Assembly: GCA_963825565.1 (NCBI GenBank)
Contig: CAWGTW010000014.1
Coordinates: forward strand, 23,408-87,407
Origin: Ilumatobacteraceae bacterium
GTDB lineage: Bacteria; Actinomycetota; Acidimicrobiia; Acidimicrobiales; Ilumatobacteraceae
Length of the DNA: 64,000 nucleotides
Direction of reading: 5' to 3'
Position numbers and translations under genes: made by a program
Shown: positions 19,310-30,050 of the stretch, piece by piece
Position numbering within the stretch: the stretch's first letter is position 1
How the letters are laid out: every line of letters starts with the position of its first letter
The notes under the pieces: model-generated
The model's database searches: none
What the model was told of the DNA's origin: nothing
What the model saw: the letters and a program-made list of their open reading frames with translations, nothing else

Positions 19310-19564
19310 ATGGCCACTCGGAAAGCCGCTGCGAAGAAGTCCACTGCGAAGAAGCCGGCCGCGAAGAAGCAGGCTGCCGCCCGCCCCGCCGCTCCCGAGA
19401 TCAGCGTGTCGGCGATGATCCCGAAGATGACGGTCTCGATGCCGCTCGACGACAAACGCATCGCCGCCATCCAGCGGTGCATCGCCAAGGGGAACCTGAC
19501 GGTCACGTTCAGCAGGATCGATCTCGCAGCCGGCAAGCTCGGGGACGGTTGGCTGTACGACTGA
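19310..19564 (+). CDS. candidate RiPP precursor peptide (84 aa) ending ...AAGKLGDGWLYD*
   Basis: A GAGGAG RBS lies 8 nt before ATG 19310. It sits between the P450 and the MNIO. Lys/Ala-rich N-terminus, one Cys, and a C-terminal Trp-Leu-Tyr-Asp. The longest ORF starts at GTG 19250. Confidence 0.6.
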   Translation: MATRKAAAKKSTAKKPAAKKQAAARPAAPEISVSAMIPKMTVSMPLDDKRIAAIQRCIAKGNLTVTFSRIDLAAGKLGDGWLYD

Positions 19565-19579
19565 TGGCCGCACCCGTGG

Positions 19580-20461
19580 GTGCCGACGGGCACGCCGTCG
19601 ACGGCGGGGACTGACGTGCGCTTCCTCGACCCCGATGCGACGACGATCCAGATCGGGCTGGCGTACGGGGAACCGGCCCTGCAGTACCTCAACCTCCATC
19701 CCGACGGCGTCGACTACGTCGAGGTGCCGTTCGAGCAACTCCGTCACCGCCCCGGTGTGGCGCGACTGCAAGAGCACATCCCACTCGTCCTGCACTGCGC
19801 CAGCCTGTCGGTCGCAGGGACGGTGCCGCCCGACCCGGCCACCGTGCAGGCGATCGCCGCGACGATCGAGCGGATGCGGTCGCCATGGCTCGGCGAGCAC
19901 CTCGCGTTCATCTCGGCGCACGGGCTCGGGGAAGGTCAAGCCGACGCGATCGAGCTGACCTACACGGTCTCGCCGCAGTTCAGCCACGAATCGGTTGCGC
20001 AGGTCGCTCAGAACGTCGCCGCGATCCGCCCCGCCATCGGCGACGTACCGCTGATCCTGGAGAACACACCGTCGTACGTGACGGTGCCGGGCAGCACGAT
20101 GTCGAGCGCCGAGTACATCGCCGCAGTGCTGCGCGCCTGCGACGTCGGCCTGCTGCTCGATCTGAGCCACTTCCTCATCACCTGCACGAACACCGGCGCC
20201 GATCCCATCGCGGAGCTCTCGAAGATCCCGCTCGATCGAGTCGTCGAGATCCACCTGTCGGGGGTGAACGTCCAGGGGGGCCGGGCGTGGGACGACCATG
20301 CCTCGCCGGTACCCGCTGCAGTGTTCGACCTGCTCCGCATCGTCCTGCGCGAGGCCTCGCCGCGCGCGGTGACCATCGAGTACAACTGGCCGTCCGAAGC
20401 GACCGCATCGGTGATCGACGAGCACGTTCGAGTGGCCACCGAGATGGCGCGCGCGTCATGA
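19580..20461 (+). CDS. DUF692 / multinuclear non-heme iron oxidase (MNIO; MbnB/TglH/ApyH family)
   Basis: Family blocks VDYVEVPFE, PLVLHCASLSVAG, SPWLGEHLAF, PLILENTPSYV, LLLDLSHF, VVEIHLSG, WDDHASPV, TIEYNW. Alternative start at GTG 19616. Confidence 0.85.
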   Translation: MPTGTPSTAGTDVRFLDPDATTIQIGLAYGEPALQYLNLHPDGVDYVEVPFEQLRHRPGVARLQEHIPLVLHCASLSVAGTVPPDPATVQAIAATIERMRSPWLGEHLAFISAHGLGEGQADAIELTYTVSPQFSHESVAQVAQNVAAIRPAIGDVPLILENTPSYVTVPGSTMSSAEYIAAVLRACDVGLLLDLSHFLITCTNTGADPIAELSKIPLDRVVEIHLSGVNVQGGRAWDDHASPVPAAVFDLLRIVLREASPRAVTIEYNWPSEATASVIDEHVRVATEMARAS

Positions 20462-21276
20462 CGCCGGCCCAGGCCCAATCGCTGCTCGCAGCCGGCCTCG
20501 ACGACCCGTGGTTGATCGAGCGGTGGCGGCGCGAACCCGAGCTGCTCGGCCCGCTCGGTGTCGACGATCCCGGCGTCGTCGATCTCGACACCCTGGCCCG
20601 GTTCGCGGGCATGGCGGCGATGGTCAAGCACAATCAGCTGCGCTCGTTCCTGCCGCTGACGTTCCGACTCATGCGTTCGTACGGCGTCGATCTCGAGCTG
20701 TTCACGGCGTACGCCATGACCCGTTCGCGCACGCGCATGGCGTTCGCTCCGTCGGCCGCCGGCAAGGCGGTCGATCTGGTCGAGTTCGCGTCCGGCTGGC
20801 TCGGCCCGGACGACGCCGCGCACGTCGCGGTGCTGGACGCGGCCCGCTACGAGCTGGCGGTCGCCCGCCTCGGGCCTTGGTTCGATGCGGGCCTGCCCGC
20901 AGGGACGGACCCGGTGCGCGACGGTGCGGGCGTGCGCGGCCACATCATCCTGCTCGAGCTCCGGTCCGAACCCGCCACGCTGGCCGACGCGCTCGAATCG
21001 GGCATCGACACCTCGTCGATCGCGCTGTCGCCACGGTCGACGTGCCTGTGGCGCGATCCCGTCGGCCACGTCTCGATCGTGTCCCTCGACCCGCTGCACT
21101 TCGAGGTGCTTGCGTCGATCGCCGACGACCGCCCGTTGCAGCAACTGGTCGACGCGTTGGACGTGGCCGGGGCGGCGGTGGTCGTCGCCGAGGCGGCACG
21201 ACGTCTCGCCGAGGCGGGCGTCGTCTCGACGATCGGCATCGAACGCGTCGAGCGCGAGGCGCTCCTGTGCACCTGA
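20458..21276 (+). CDS. MNIO partner protein with a C-terminal RRE-like winged-helix segment (MbnC/TglI/ApyI-type role)
   Basis: ATG 20458 overlaps the MNIO stop (ATGA). 272 aa. The C-terminus HFEVLASIADDRPLQQLVDAL...AEAARRLAEAGVV resembles PqqD-like peptide-binding domains. Confidence 0.6.
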   Translation: MTPAQAQSLLAAGLDDPWLIERWRREPELLGPLGVDDPGVVDLDTLARFAGMAAMVKHNQLRSFLPLTFRLMRSYGVDLELFTAYAMTRSRTRMAFAPSAAGKAVDLVEFASGWLGPDDAAHVAVLDAARYELAVARLGPWFDAGLPAGTDPVRDGAGVRGHIILLELRSEPATLADALESGIDTSSIALSPRSTCLWRDPVGHVSIVSLDPLHFEVLASIADDRPLQQLVDALDVAGAAVVVAEAARRLAEAGVVSTIGIERVEREALLCT

Positions 21277-23225
21277 CGCTCGTCGACAACATGGTGATGC
21301 CCGGGGAGGGCGACCTCGGGATGCTCGACGTCCACCCGCATCTCGGCCTGCTCTCGCTCGCGGCTGCAGCCGAGGCGAGCGGGCACACCGTCGACATCTA
21401 CGACCCGAAGCGGATGCTGCGGTCGGGGCAACTGCGCTACGACGACGAGCTCTACGACCGGGCGACGGCGGCGATCCTGGCGCGTCATCCCGACGCGGTC
21501 GGGTTCACGACCCTGGGGTGCAGCTTCATGTTCGCCATCAACGTCGCCGCGCTCCTCAAGCGCGCCGAACCGGAGCTGCCGATCCTGCTCGGCGGCCCGC
21601 ACGCGACGATGCTCGATCGCCCCATCCTCGAGCGGTTCGATCAGTTCGACGTCATCGTGCGCCACGAGGCCGACCAGGTCTTCCCCGACGTGCTCGGGGC
21701 ACTCCCCGCCCGGCGCTTCGAGGCCATCGAGGGGCTGAGCTGGCGCGACTCGGGCGGGGAGCTGCGCTTCACCGCCGGCAAGCCGATCGTCACCGACCTC
21801 GACTCCCTGCCGCTGCTGTCCTACGACCACTACCCGATCGCCGACCTCGGCCTCGACCTGTTGCGGATCGAGGCCGGCCGCGGGTGCCCGTTCCGATGCA
21901 CGTTCTGCTCGACCGCAGGATTCTTCCAGCGGAGCTTCCGCCTCAAGTCCCCCGAGCGGCTGGTCACCGAGCTCGAACGGCTGCGGACGCTGTACGGCTA
22001 CTCCGACGTCAAGCTCGATCACGACATGTTCACGGTCAACAAGCGCAAGGTGCTCGACTTCTGTGAAGCGGTCGCCGGACGCGGGTTCCGTTGGCGGGCT
22101 TCGGCACGCGTCGACCGCGTCGACGACGGGCTTCTCGAACGGATGGCCGACGCCGGTTGCGTCGGGCTGTACTTCGGGATCGAGAGCGGGTCGGCGCGGC
22201 TGCAGCAGATCATGAAGAAGGGGCTCGACGTCGATCGCGTCGAGCACACGCTGCAGACGGCCGAGGCGCTGGGGATCGAAACCACCGCATCGTTCATCAC
22301 CGGGTTCCCCAGCGAGGAGCGGCAGGACCAGGATGACACCCTCGACCTCGTCGGCAGGTGCCTCCGTACGACGAGCATCACCCAACTCCACATTCTGCAA
22401 CCAGAGCCCGGCACGCCGATGTACGAGGAGTTCGGGTCGGCCATCGAGTACGACGGCTATTCCAGCCCGTTCAACACGCACCTGCTCACCGACGACGACC
22501 ACCGGCTGGTCACGACCACGCCGTCGATCTTCCAGACCTACTACTTCTATGCGACTGCTTTGCCTCGGTCGGACCACGTGTTCGCCGTCGAGACCGTCGA
22601 GTTGCTGCGCCGGATCGGACCGCGGGTCGCGGCCTACATGCTGCGGGGGTTCGACGGGCGCCTGAGCCGACTGGTGAGCGACCTGCGGACGTTCTGCGCC
22701 GATCGAACAGCCGGTGGGTCGCTGTCGCCGACCGCGTTCGCCGACTTCGTCGCCGACCGGTTCGGCGCGCAGCACCACCTGACCTCACTCGTTCGCCTCG
22801 GGCTGCTGCTCCACGATCCCCGGGTGCCGACGGCGTCGCCGGCGTCCGACGCCTACGATCCGACGACGACCTACGTCCTCGATGCCGACGTGTACATCCT
22901 GACCGAGATGCACGATCCGGAGGTCTGGATGCAGCGCATCGCGGGCAGTGCCGGCAACGCGCTGCTCGACGACGACGGCCACGCCGAGACGAGCCTCGTC
23001 GTGCGGCGCGGGATCCAGCCGCCGTCGGTCCACCGAGTCGATGACGGGGCGGTCGCGGTGCTCGAGCTCTTCGACGAGCCGCGACGACCCGACCAGCTGA
23101 TCGAGCGCCTCGGCCTACCGCCCACGGACGCGATCGCGGTCCACGAGCTCATCGAAGGTCTGGCGCGCTCGACGCTGCTCGTGCCATCGCCCGGCATCGC
23201 GTTCGGCACCGAGGACTCCAGCTGA
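21267..23225 (+). CDS. B12-binding-domain radical SAM enzyme (class B rSAM, probable C-methyltransferase)
   Basis: GTG 21267 overlaps the upstream gene by 10 nt. N-terminal cobalamin-binding-like domain (LGLLSLAAAAEASGHTVDIYD, ILLGGPHAT). CxxxCxxC = GCPFRCTFCS. About 220-aa C-terminal extension. Confidence 0.85.
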   Translation: MHLTLVDNMVMPGEGDLGMLDVHPHLGLLSLAAAAEASGHTVDIYDPKRMLRSGQLRYDDELYDRATAAILARHPDAVGFTTLGCSFMFAINVAALLKRAEPELPILLGGPHATMLDRPILERFDQFDVIVRHEADQVFPDVLGALPARRFEAIEGLSWRDSGGELRFTAGKPIVTDLDSLPLLSYDHYPIADLGLDLLRIEAGRGCPFRCTFCSTAGFFQRSFRLKSPERLVTELERLRTLYGYSDVKLDHDMFTVNKRKVLDFCEAVAGRGFRWRASARVDRVDDGLLERMADAGCVGLYFGIESGSARLQQIMKKGLDVDRVEHTLQTAEALGIETTASFITGFPSEERQDQDDTLDLVGRCLRTTSITQLHILQPEPGTPMYEEFGSAIEYDGYSSPFNTHLLTDDDHRLVTTTPSIFQTYYFYATALPRSDHVFAVETVELLRRIGPRVAAYMLRGFDGRLSRLVSDLRTFCADRTAGGSLSPTAFADFVADRFGAQHHLTSLVRLGLLLHDPRVPTASPASDAYDPTTTYVLDADVYILTEMHDPEVWMQRIAGSAGNALLDDDGHAETSLVVRRGIQPPSVHRVDDGAVAVLELFDEPRRPDQLIERLGLPPTDAIAVHELIEGLARSTLLVPSPGIAFGTEDSS

Positions 23226-23290
23226 CCGACGGGACTGCTCCGTCATGGGGTGCGTTCGACCTCGTCGAGGGGCTGCACCTGGGCCACGCG

Positions 23291-24208
23291 GTGGCCGCGC
23301 TGCACGAGCTCGGAGTGCTCGCCGCGCTCACCCGGCCGCGACGCCCCGCGGAGGTCGCCGCCGAGCTCGCACTCGACCCGGCCATGCTGTCCGGGGTGCT
23401 CGAGTACTGTGCCGCACGTACCGACATCGTCGAACGGGTCGGTACCCGGTTCGCCGCCCGCAACTACGATGCCGCAACCCAGTACCTCCTCGATCTGTAC
23501 GCCGGTGCGTTCGCTCCCAACGCCGTGGAACTCGCTGTGTTGCTGCGCAGCCCGGAGCGCGCGCATGACGCCGTCGATCGATCCCGTCACGCTCGGGCGT
23601 TCGTCCGGGCGCCGGACGGTCCGGAGGGGACACCGGCCGCGCTGCTGGCCCAGCTCGGCGTTCGGCGTGTGCTCGATCTCGGCTGCGGACAGGGTGCTCT
23701 GCTCCGGGCGATGGCCGTCGCCGACGACGAATTCCAGGGATGGGGCATCGACGCGAACCCGACCACCTGCCGCGGTGCCCGGATGGCGATGTGCGATGCC
23801 GGCGTGTCGGGGCGCGTCCGGATCATCCGCGGCGACGGGTTCCGGCCCGAGCGCCACCTGACGACGAAGATGATCGAGTCGATCGAAGCGGTCGTCGCTC
23901 GCGACCTCCTCGACGAGCTCTTCGCTCAGGACGCTACCGCCGCCACCTCATGGCTACGAGGGCTGCGCGCCGAGTTCCCCAGCCGACTGCTGTTGATCGG
24001 GGACTACTACGGCCGGCTCGGCCATCGTCGGGCGCGCGGAGACCGCCGAACACTGCTGCACGACTACGCCCAGGTGATCACCGGGCAGGGTGTCCCCCCG
24101 CCCACCCGCGCCGCCTGGGCTGCGATCTACCGAGACGCCGGAGTCCGCTTGATCCACGTCATGGAGGACCGTTCGACGACCAAGTTCTTGCACCTGCTTC
24201 ATCTCTGA
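23291..24208 (+). CDS. class I SAM-dependent methyltransferase (O-MT-like, N-terminal winged-helix/dimerisation segment)
   Basis: Motif I VLDLGCGQGALL. The N-terminus ...VAALHELGVLAALTRPRRPAEVAAEL is typical of small-molecule MTs. The true start may lie slightly upstream, because the frame is open back to 23222. Confidence 0.8.
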   Translation: MAALHELGVLAALTRPRRPAEVAAELALDPAMLSGVLEYCAARTDIVERVGTRFAARNYDAATQYLLDLYAGAFAPNAVELAVLLRSPERAHDAVDRSRHARAFVRAPDGPEGTPAALLAQLGVRRVLDLGCGQGALLRAMAVADDEFQGWGIDANPTTCRGARMAMCDAGVSGRVRIIRGDGFRPERHLTTKMIESIEAVVARDLLDELFAQDATAATSWLRGLRAEFPSRLLLIGDYYGRLGHRRARGDRRTLLHDYAQVITGQGVPPPTRAAWAAIYRDAGVRLIHVMEDRSTTKFLHLLHL

Positions 24209-24364
24209 CCGAGCGATCGCCACGCCCGGACCGGCTCGCGAGGCCGAAGTGCCCTGGCCCGACGACGCGATCGGACGGAAGATCAGGCAGGAGATGTTGG
24301 CCGGCAGAGGATCGGGAGCGCAGGTGAGAGCGAAGTCGGTATCCGTGGTGCTGGTCTCCTCGGG

Positions 24365-24826
24365 GTGACCGCGATGCCGCTGCGGCTGAGCGAACTCCTG
24401 GAACGGATCCGACCGGCGGGAACCCCCGGCGCGCCCGCCGAGGGTGAACAGGTGCGCCAGCGCAGCAACCGCGACCGCGAGCTCGTCGACGTGCTCGCGG
24501 TCGTGGCGTCGATCGAGCGCGAGGCCGCCGAGATCGTCGACGCCGCCGGAGCCGAGGCCGAGCGGATCCACCGCGACGCCGTGGAGCGGACCCGTATCAT
24601 CCGCGCCGGACGAGACGACCAGGTCGCGGCCGCCGGAGCCGAGGCGGCACAGCACGACGACGCGTTGGCCGATGTCGTGGGCGCCGCGATCGCCGACTCG
24701 GCTGCGCAGGAGCGAGACGAGCTGCGCTCCCGCGCCGACATCCTCATCCCCGACCTCGTGAGGCGGGCGACGGAGTCGATCTGGACCACGATCGTCCCCG
24801 AGGCGCGCATCGGGGGCCGGCGATGA
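24365..24826 (+). CDS. putative A/V-type ATPase peripheral-stalk subunit (H/G-like coiled-coil protein)
   Basis: 153 aa. Ala/Glu/Arg-rich helical sequence (VASIEREAAEIVDAAGAEAERIHRDAVERTR). It is the first gene of the operon and is ATGA-coupled to subunit C. The assignment rests on context. Confidence 0.45.
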   Translation: MTAMPLRLSELLERIRPAGTPGAPAEGEQVRQRSNRDRELVDVLAVVASIEREAAEIVDAAGAEAERIHRDAVERTRIIRAGRDDQVAAAGAEAAQHDDALADVVGAAIADSAAQERDELRSRADILIPDLVRRATESIWTTIVPEARIGGRR

Positions 24827-25732
24827 CCGCCGGCTGGGTCGCACCGGTGACGAGGGGACGAGCGATCCTCGGTCGTCTCGTCGGTGCCGACGGCGCGCGG
24901 ACGCTCGCCGAGATGAGTTCGTGGGACGAGGCACGTGCCGAACTGGGTCGCACGATGTACGCCACCGGCCTTCCTCCCGATGCCGGGCGGCAGGCCGCTG
25001 TCCGATCCGCGCACGCCTCGGCGATCTGGCAACTCCGGGTCCTGGCCGGCTGGATGCCTCCGGAGCACACGGTCCTGCCACGGCTGTTCGCCGCACCGTT
25101 CGAGATGAGGAACATCGAGCAACACCTCCGCTCGCTGCGCGATCACACCCCGACCGACCCGCTCCCCCTCGGCTCGCTCGCCGTCGCCTGGCCGGCTGTG
25201 TCCCGGACGAAGACCGTCGAGGAAGCCCGCCACGTGCTCGCCCGGACGGTGTGGGGCGATCCCGGTAGCACGGATCCGCCCGAGTTGGCGCTGGCGTTGC
25301 GCGTCGGGCTCGCCCGGCGCGCCGTCGCCCGCCTCCCCGTGGCGAAGGAGTGGGCGTGCGGAGCGGTGGCCGTGCTCGTCGCCCGGGAGCGGTTCGCGTT
25401 CTCCCGGCCGGTCGAGGACACGACCGCCGGAGTGGTGAGCCGCCTGGTCGGTCGTGCATGGGGCGGAGCCGTGTCGGTCACCGACCTCGCCGACCACCTC
25501 CCCCCACGGGCGGCGTGGCCACTCGCCGATGTCGACGACCCGCGCGATCTCTGGCGCGCCGAGCTCGCCGTCGCGGCGCGGGTCGCCGGCGATGCGCGCA
25601 CGCTCGCGGCGTCGAACCGATTCGACGTGCGCACTGCGGCGGCGATGATGGCACTGCTGCTCGTCGACCTCTGGCGCGTGCAGGCAGCGATCGAGCTCGC
25701 AGGACGGGGACCGATTCCCACCGAGGTGTTCG

Positions 25733-25746
<14 letters not shown>
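24823..25746 (+). CDS. A/V-type ATP synthase subunit C (d-like)
   Basis: 307 aa and helical. Its size and position between the stalk and I subunits fit, and it overlaps both neighbours. The family call is mostly contextual. Confidence 0.55.
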
Positions 25747-27558
<1,812 letters not shown>

Positions 27559-27565
27559 GCCTGGC

Positions 27566-27784
27566 ATGAGCACCGTCATCGCCATCGGCGACGACCCCGA
27601 GCTGCCCGGATTCGCCCTCGCCGGCGTGGGGATCCGGCGCGCCCGGACCGACAGCGAGATCATCGACGCCTGGACCACTGCCGAACCCGACGTCGGTCTG
27701 GTCATCCTCTCGACACGAGCCGCTTCGGTCCTGGGCGCAGCGCTGGTCGAACGCCCCGATGTGCTCACGGTGGTCCTGCCGTGA
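27566..27784 (+). CDS. A/V-type ATP synthase subunit F
   Basis: 72 aa. VIAIGDDPELPGFALAGV...VGLVILS is the typical F-subunit pattern. Confidence 0.7.
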   Translation: MSTVIAIGDDPELPGFALAGVGIRRARTDSEIIDAWTTAEPDVGLVILSTRAASVLGAALVERPDVLTVVLP

Positions 27785-28347
27785 CCGCGACGATGAGCGC
27801 CGGCTCCGAGCGGACCGCGGTGGAGCGCACGCTGCAACCCGTGCGCGCAGCCCTCCTCGCCGATGCCGAACGGGAGGCCGCCGAGATCCGGGCGGCCGCA
27901 CGCACGGCGGCCGATGCGCTGATCGCCGAGGCCGAGCGCGAGGTTGCCACGGCCGTCGAGCAGGAGCGAGAGCGAGCACGACGGTCGGCACGCGCCCGCG
28001 CCGACCACAACGCGTCGGACGCCCGCCGCGCCGCCCGCCAGCTCCTGCAGGCTGCCGGCGAGTCCGAGCGCACCCGATTGATCCAAGCACTGCACGCCAC
28101 GATCGGACGCCTCCGCGACGACGACCGGTATCCGCAGCTCGTCGACGCGCTGGAACGGCGGGCGCGAGCGCAACTCGGCGACGGCGCCGACCTCCGACGC
28201 GACCCGGCCGGTCGGGGTGGCATCGTCGGTCGCGCCGGTCCACGAAGCGTCGACTACACCCTCGACGCGCTCGCCGACCGCGCCCTCGCAGCATTGGGGG
28301 AGGAGGTGGCGACGTTGTGCAGCCCGCACCGCAAGCCGGACGCGTGA
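27781..28347 (+). CDS. A/V-type ATP synthase subunit E
   Basis: GTGA-coupled to F. Has an N-terminal long coiled coil (AEREAAEIRAAARTAADALIAEAEREV) and a C-terminal globular part (GRGGIVGRAGPRSVDYTLDAL). Confidence 0.7.
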   Translation: MTATMSAGSERTAVERTLQPVRAALLADAEREAAEIRAAARTAADALIAEAEREVATAVEQERERARRSARARADHNASDARRAARQLLQAAGESERTRLIQALHATIGRLRDDDRYPQLVDALERRARAQLGDGADLRRDPAGRGGIVGRAGPRSVDYTLDALADRALAALGEEVATLCSPHRKPDA

Positions 28348-30050
28348 CGCGCGTCAACGGGCCGGTCGTCCACCTCGCGGGCCTGCCCGATGTCGCGCGG
28401 TTCGAGTTCGTCGAGGTCGGCGATGCCGAGCTACCGGGTGAGGTGGTCATGGTCGACCGAGACGTCGCCGTCGCCCAGCTCTACGAGTACAGCGGTTCGC
28501 TGCGCGTCGGGGAGCCGGCGCGGAGCACCGGGCACCCGCTGTCGATCGAGCTCGGACCGGGGCTGCTCGGCGGCGTCTACGACGGTCTCCTCCGACCGCT
28601 GGCCGGCGCCGACCGGTTCCTCGGGCCGCGCCGTCTCGTCCCTCCGCCGGCGACCGAACACCGCTTCTCACCGATCGCGGCGATCGGGACCGACGTCGGA
28701 CCCGGCCATATCCTCGGCACGATCGACACCGCCGGGAACGTCGAACACCGCGTCCTCGTCCCCCCGGGCCACGGGGGTCGTCTCGACCTCATCGCCGAGC
28801 CCGGGCGCTGTCTCGGCACGGCGACGATCGCCACCATCGACGGGCGCTCCGTCTCGGCCACGACGCACTGGCCGATTCGGCTCCCACGACCAGCCGTCCG
28901 GTACCTCGGCGATGCCGAACCGTTCCACACCGGTCAGCGAGTCCTCGACGGGCTGGTCCCGATCGCCCGCGGCAGCTCGGCGACGGTGATCGGCGGGTTC
29001 GGCGAGGGCAAGACGATGCTGCTCGAACAGGTCGCAAAGTGGGGGGACGCCGACGTCATCATCTACGTCGGATGTGGCGAGCGCGGCAACGAGCTCACCG
29101 ACCTGATCCACGAGCTCACCGAGCTGGTCGACCCGCGGACCGGTGCCCGGCTCATGGAGCGCACGATCATCCTCGCCAACACGTCGAACATGCCGGTCAT
29201 GGCCCGCGAGGCGAGCATCCACACCGCAGCGACGATCGCCGAGTTCTACCGCGACATGGGCCACCACGTCGTCGTCATCGCCGACTCGACCTCGCGGTGG
29301 GCCGAGGCGCAGCGCGAGCTCGCCGGCCGAACCGGAGCAATTCCCGCCGAGGAGGGCTACCCGGCCGATCTGCCCGCAGCCCTCGCCGCGTTCTATCAAC
29401 GCGCCGGTCGGATCACCACCCCTGACGGACGGGACGGCTCGGTCACCATCGTCACCTCGGTCTCGCCGGCCGGAGGCGACCTCACCGAGCCGGTCTCGGC
29501 GCACACGCAACGGTTCGTCCAAGCGGTGTGGACCCTCGACCGCGACCTCGCCTATGCCCGCCACTACCCGGCGGTCAGCTGGCGACAGTCGTCCTCGCGT
29601 GACACCGAGCGGTTGGCACGCTGGTACACGGCTCAGGGCGACCCCGACTGGGCCGTACGCCGCGCCCGGCTCGCCGCCCTGCTGACCGAGGCCGACCGTC
29701 TCCGAACGATCGCCGACCTCGTCGGCGTCACCGCCCTCCCGCCCGACGAACGCATCGTCCTGCTCACCGGCCGGCTGGCACGCCAGGCCGTCCTCCAGCA
29801 GAGCGCGCTGAGCCCCAACGACGCGTCGTGCTCACCGGGCAAGCAGGCCGCGCTGATCGATGCCGTGCTCGCGGTCCACGACGTCGGCCTGCAGCTCATC
29901 GACGACGGCCTCCCGGCCAGCGTCATCGAGACCTACGACTTCGGCCCACTCATCCGCGCCAAGGACGACATCGGCACCGACGACCCTGCCGGCATCCGCC
30001 GGGTCGCAGCCGGCACCATCGACGGGCTGCGCGAGAGCAGGCAGCGATGA
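28317..30050 (+). CDS. A/V-type ATP synthase catalytic subunit A
   Basis: P-loop GGFGEGKTML, GCGERGNE, Walker B VVVIADSTSRWAEA, PAGGDLTEPV. Starts at GTG 28317 within the end of the E gene. Confidence 0.92.
   Translation: MQPAPQAGRVTRVNGPVVHLAGLPDVARFEFVEVGDAELPGEVVMVDRDVAVAQLYEYSGSLRVGEPARSTGHPLSIELGPGLLGGVYDGLLRPLAGADRFLGPRRLVPPPATEHRFSPIAAIGTDVGPGHILGTIDTAGNVEHRVLVPPGHGGRLDLIAEPGRCLGTATIATIDGRSVSATTHWPIRLPRPAVRYLGDAEPFHTGQRVLDGLVPIARGSSATVIGGFGEGKTMLLEQVAKWGDADVIIYVGCGERGNELTDLIHELTELVDPRTGARLMERTIILANTSNMPVMAREASIHTAATIAEFYRDMGHHVVVIADSTSRWAEAQRELAGRTGAIPAEEGYPADLPAALAAFYQRAGRITTPDGRDGSVTIVTSVSPAGGDLTEPVSAHTQRFVQAVWTLDRDLAYARHYPAVSWRQSSSRDTERLARWYTAQGDPDWAVRRARLAALLTEADRLRTIADLVGVTALPPDERIVLLTGRLARQAVLQQSALSPNDASCSPGKQAALIDAVLAVHDVGLQLIDDGLPASVIETYDFGPLIRAKDDIGTDDPAGIRRVAAGTIDGLRESRQR

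Noticed and set aside
20508-21266. Upstream 253 codons of the 905-aa ORF in the radical-SAM frame
   Set aside because: The stretch is Arg-rich nonsense (MVDRAVAARTRAARPARCRRSRRRR...) and is entirely overlapped by the coupled partner-protein gene in another frame. The rSAM homology begins at GTG 21267.
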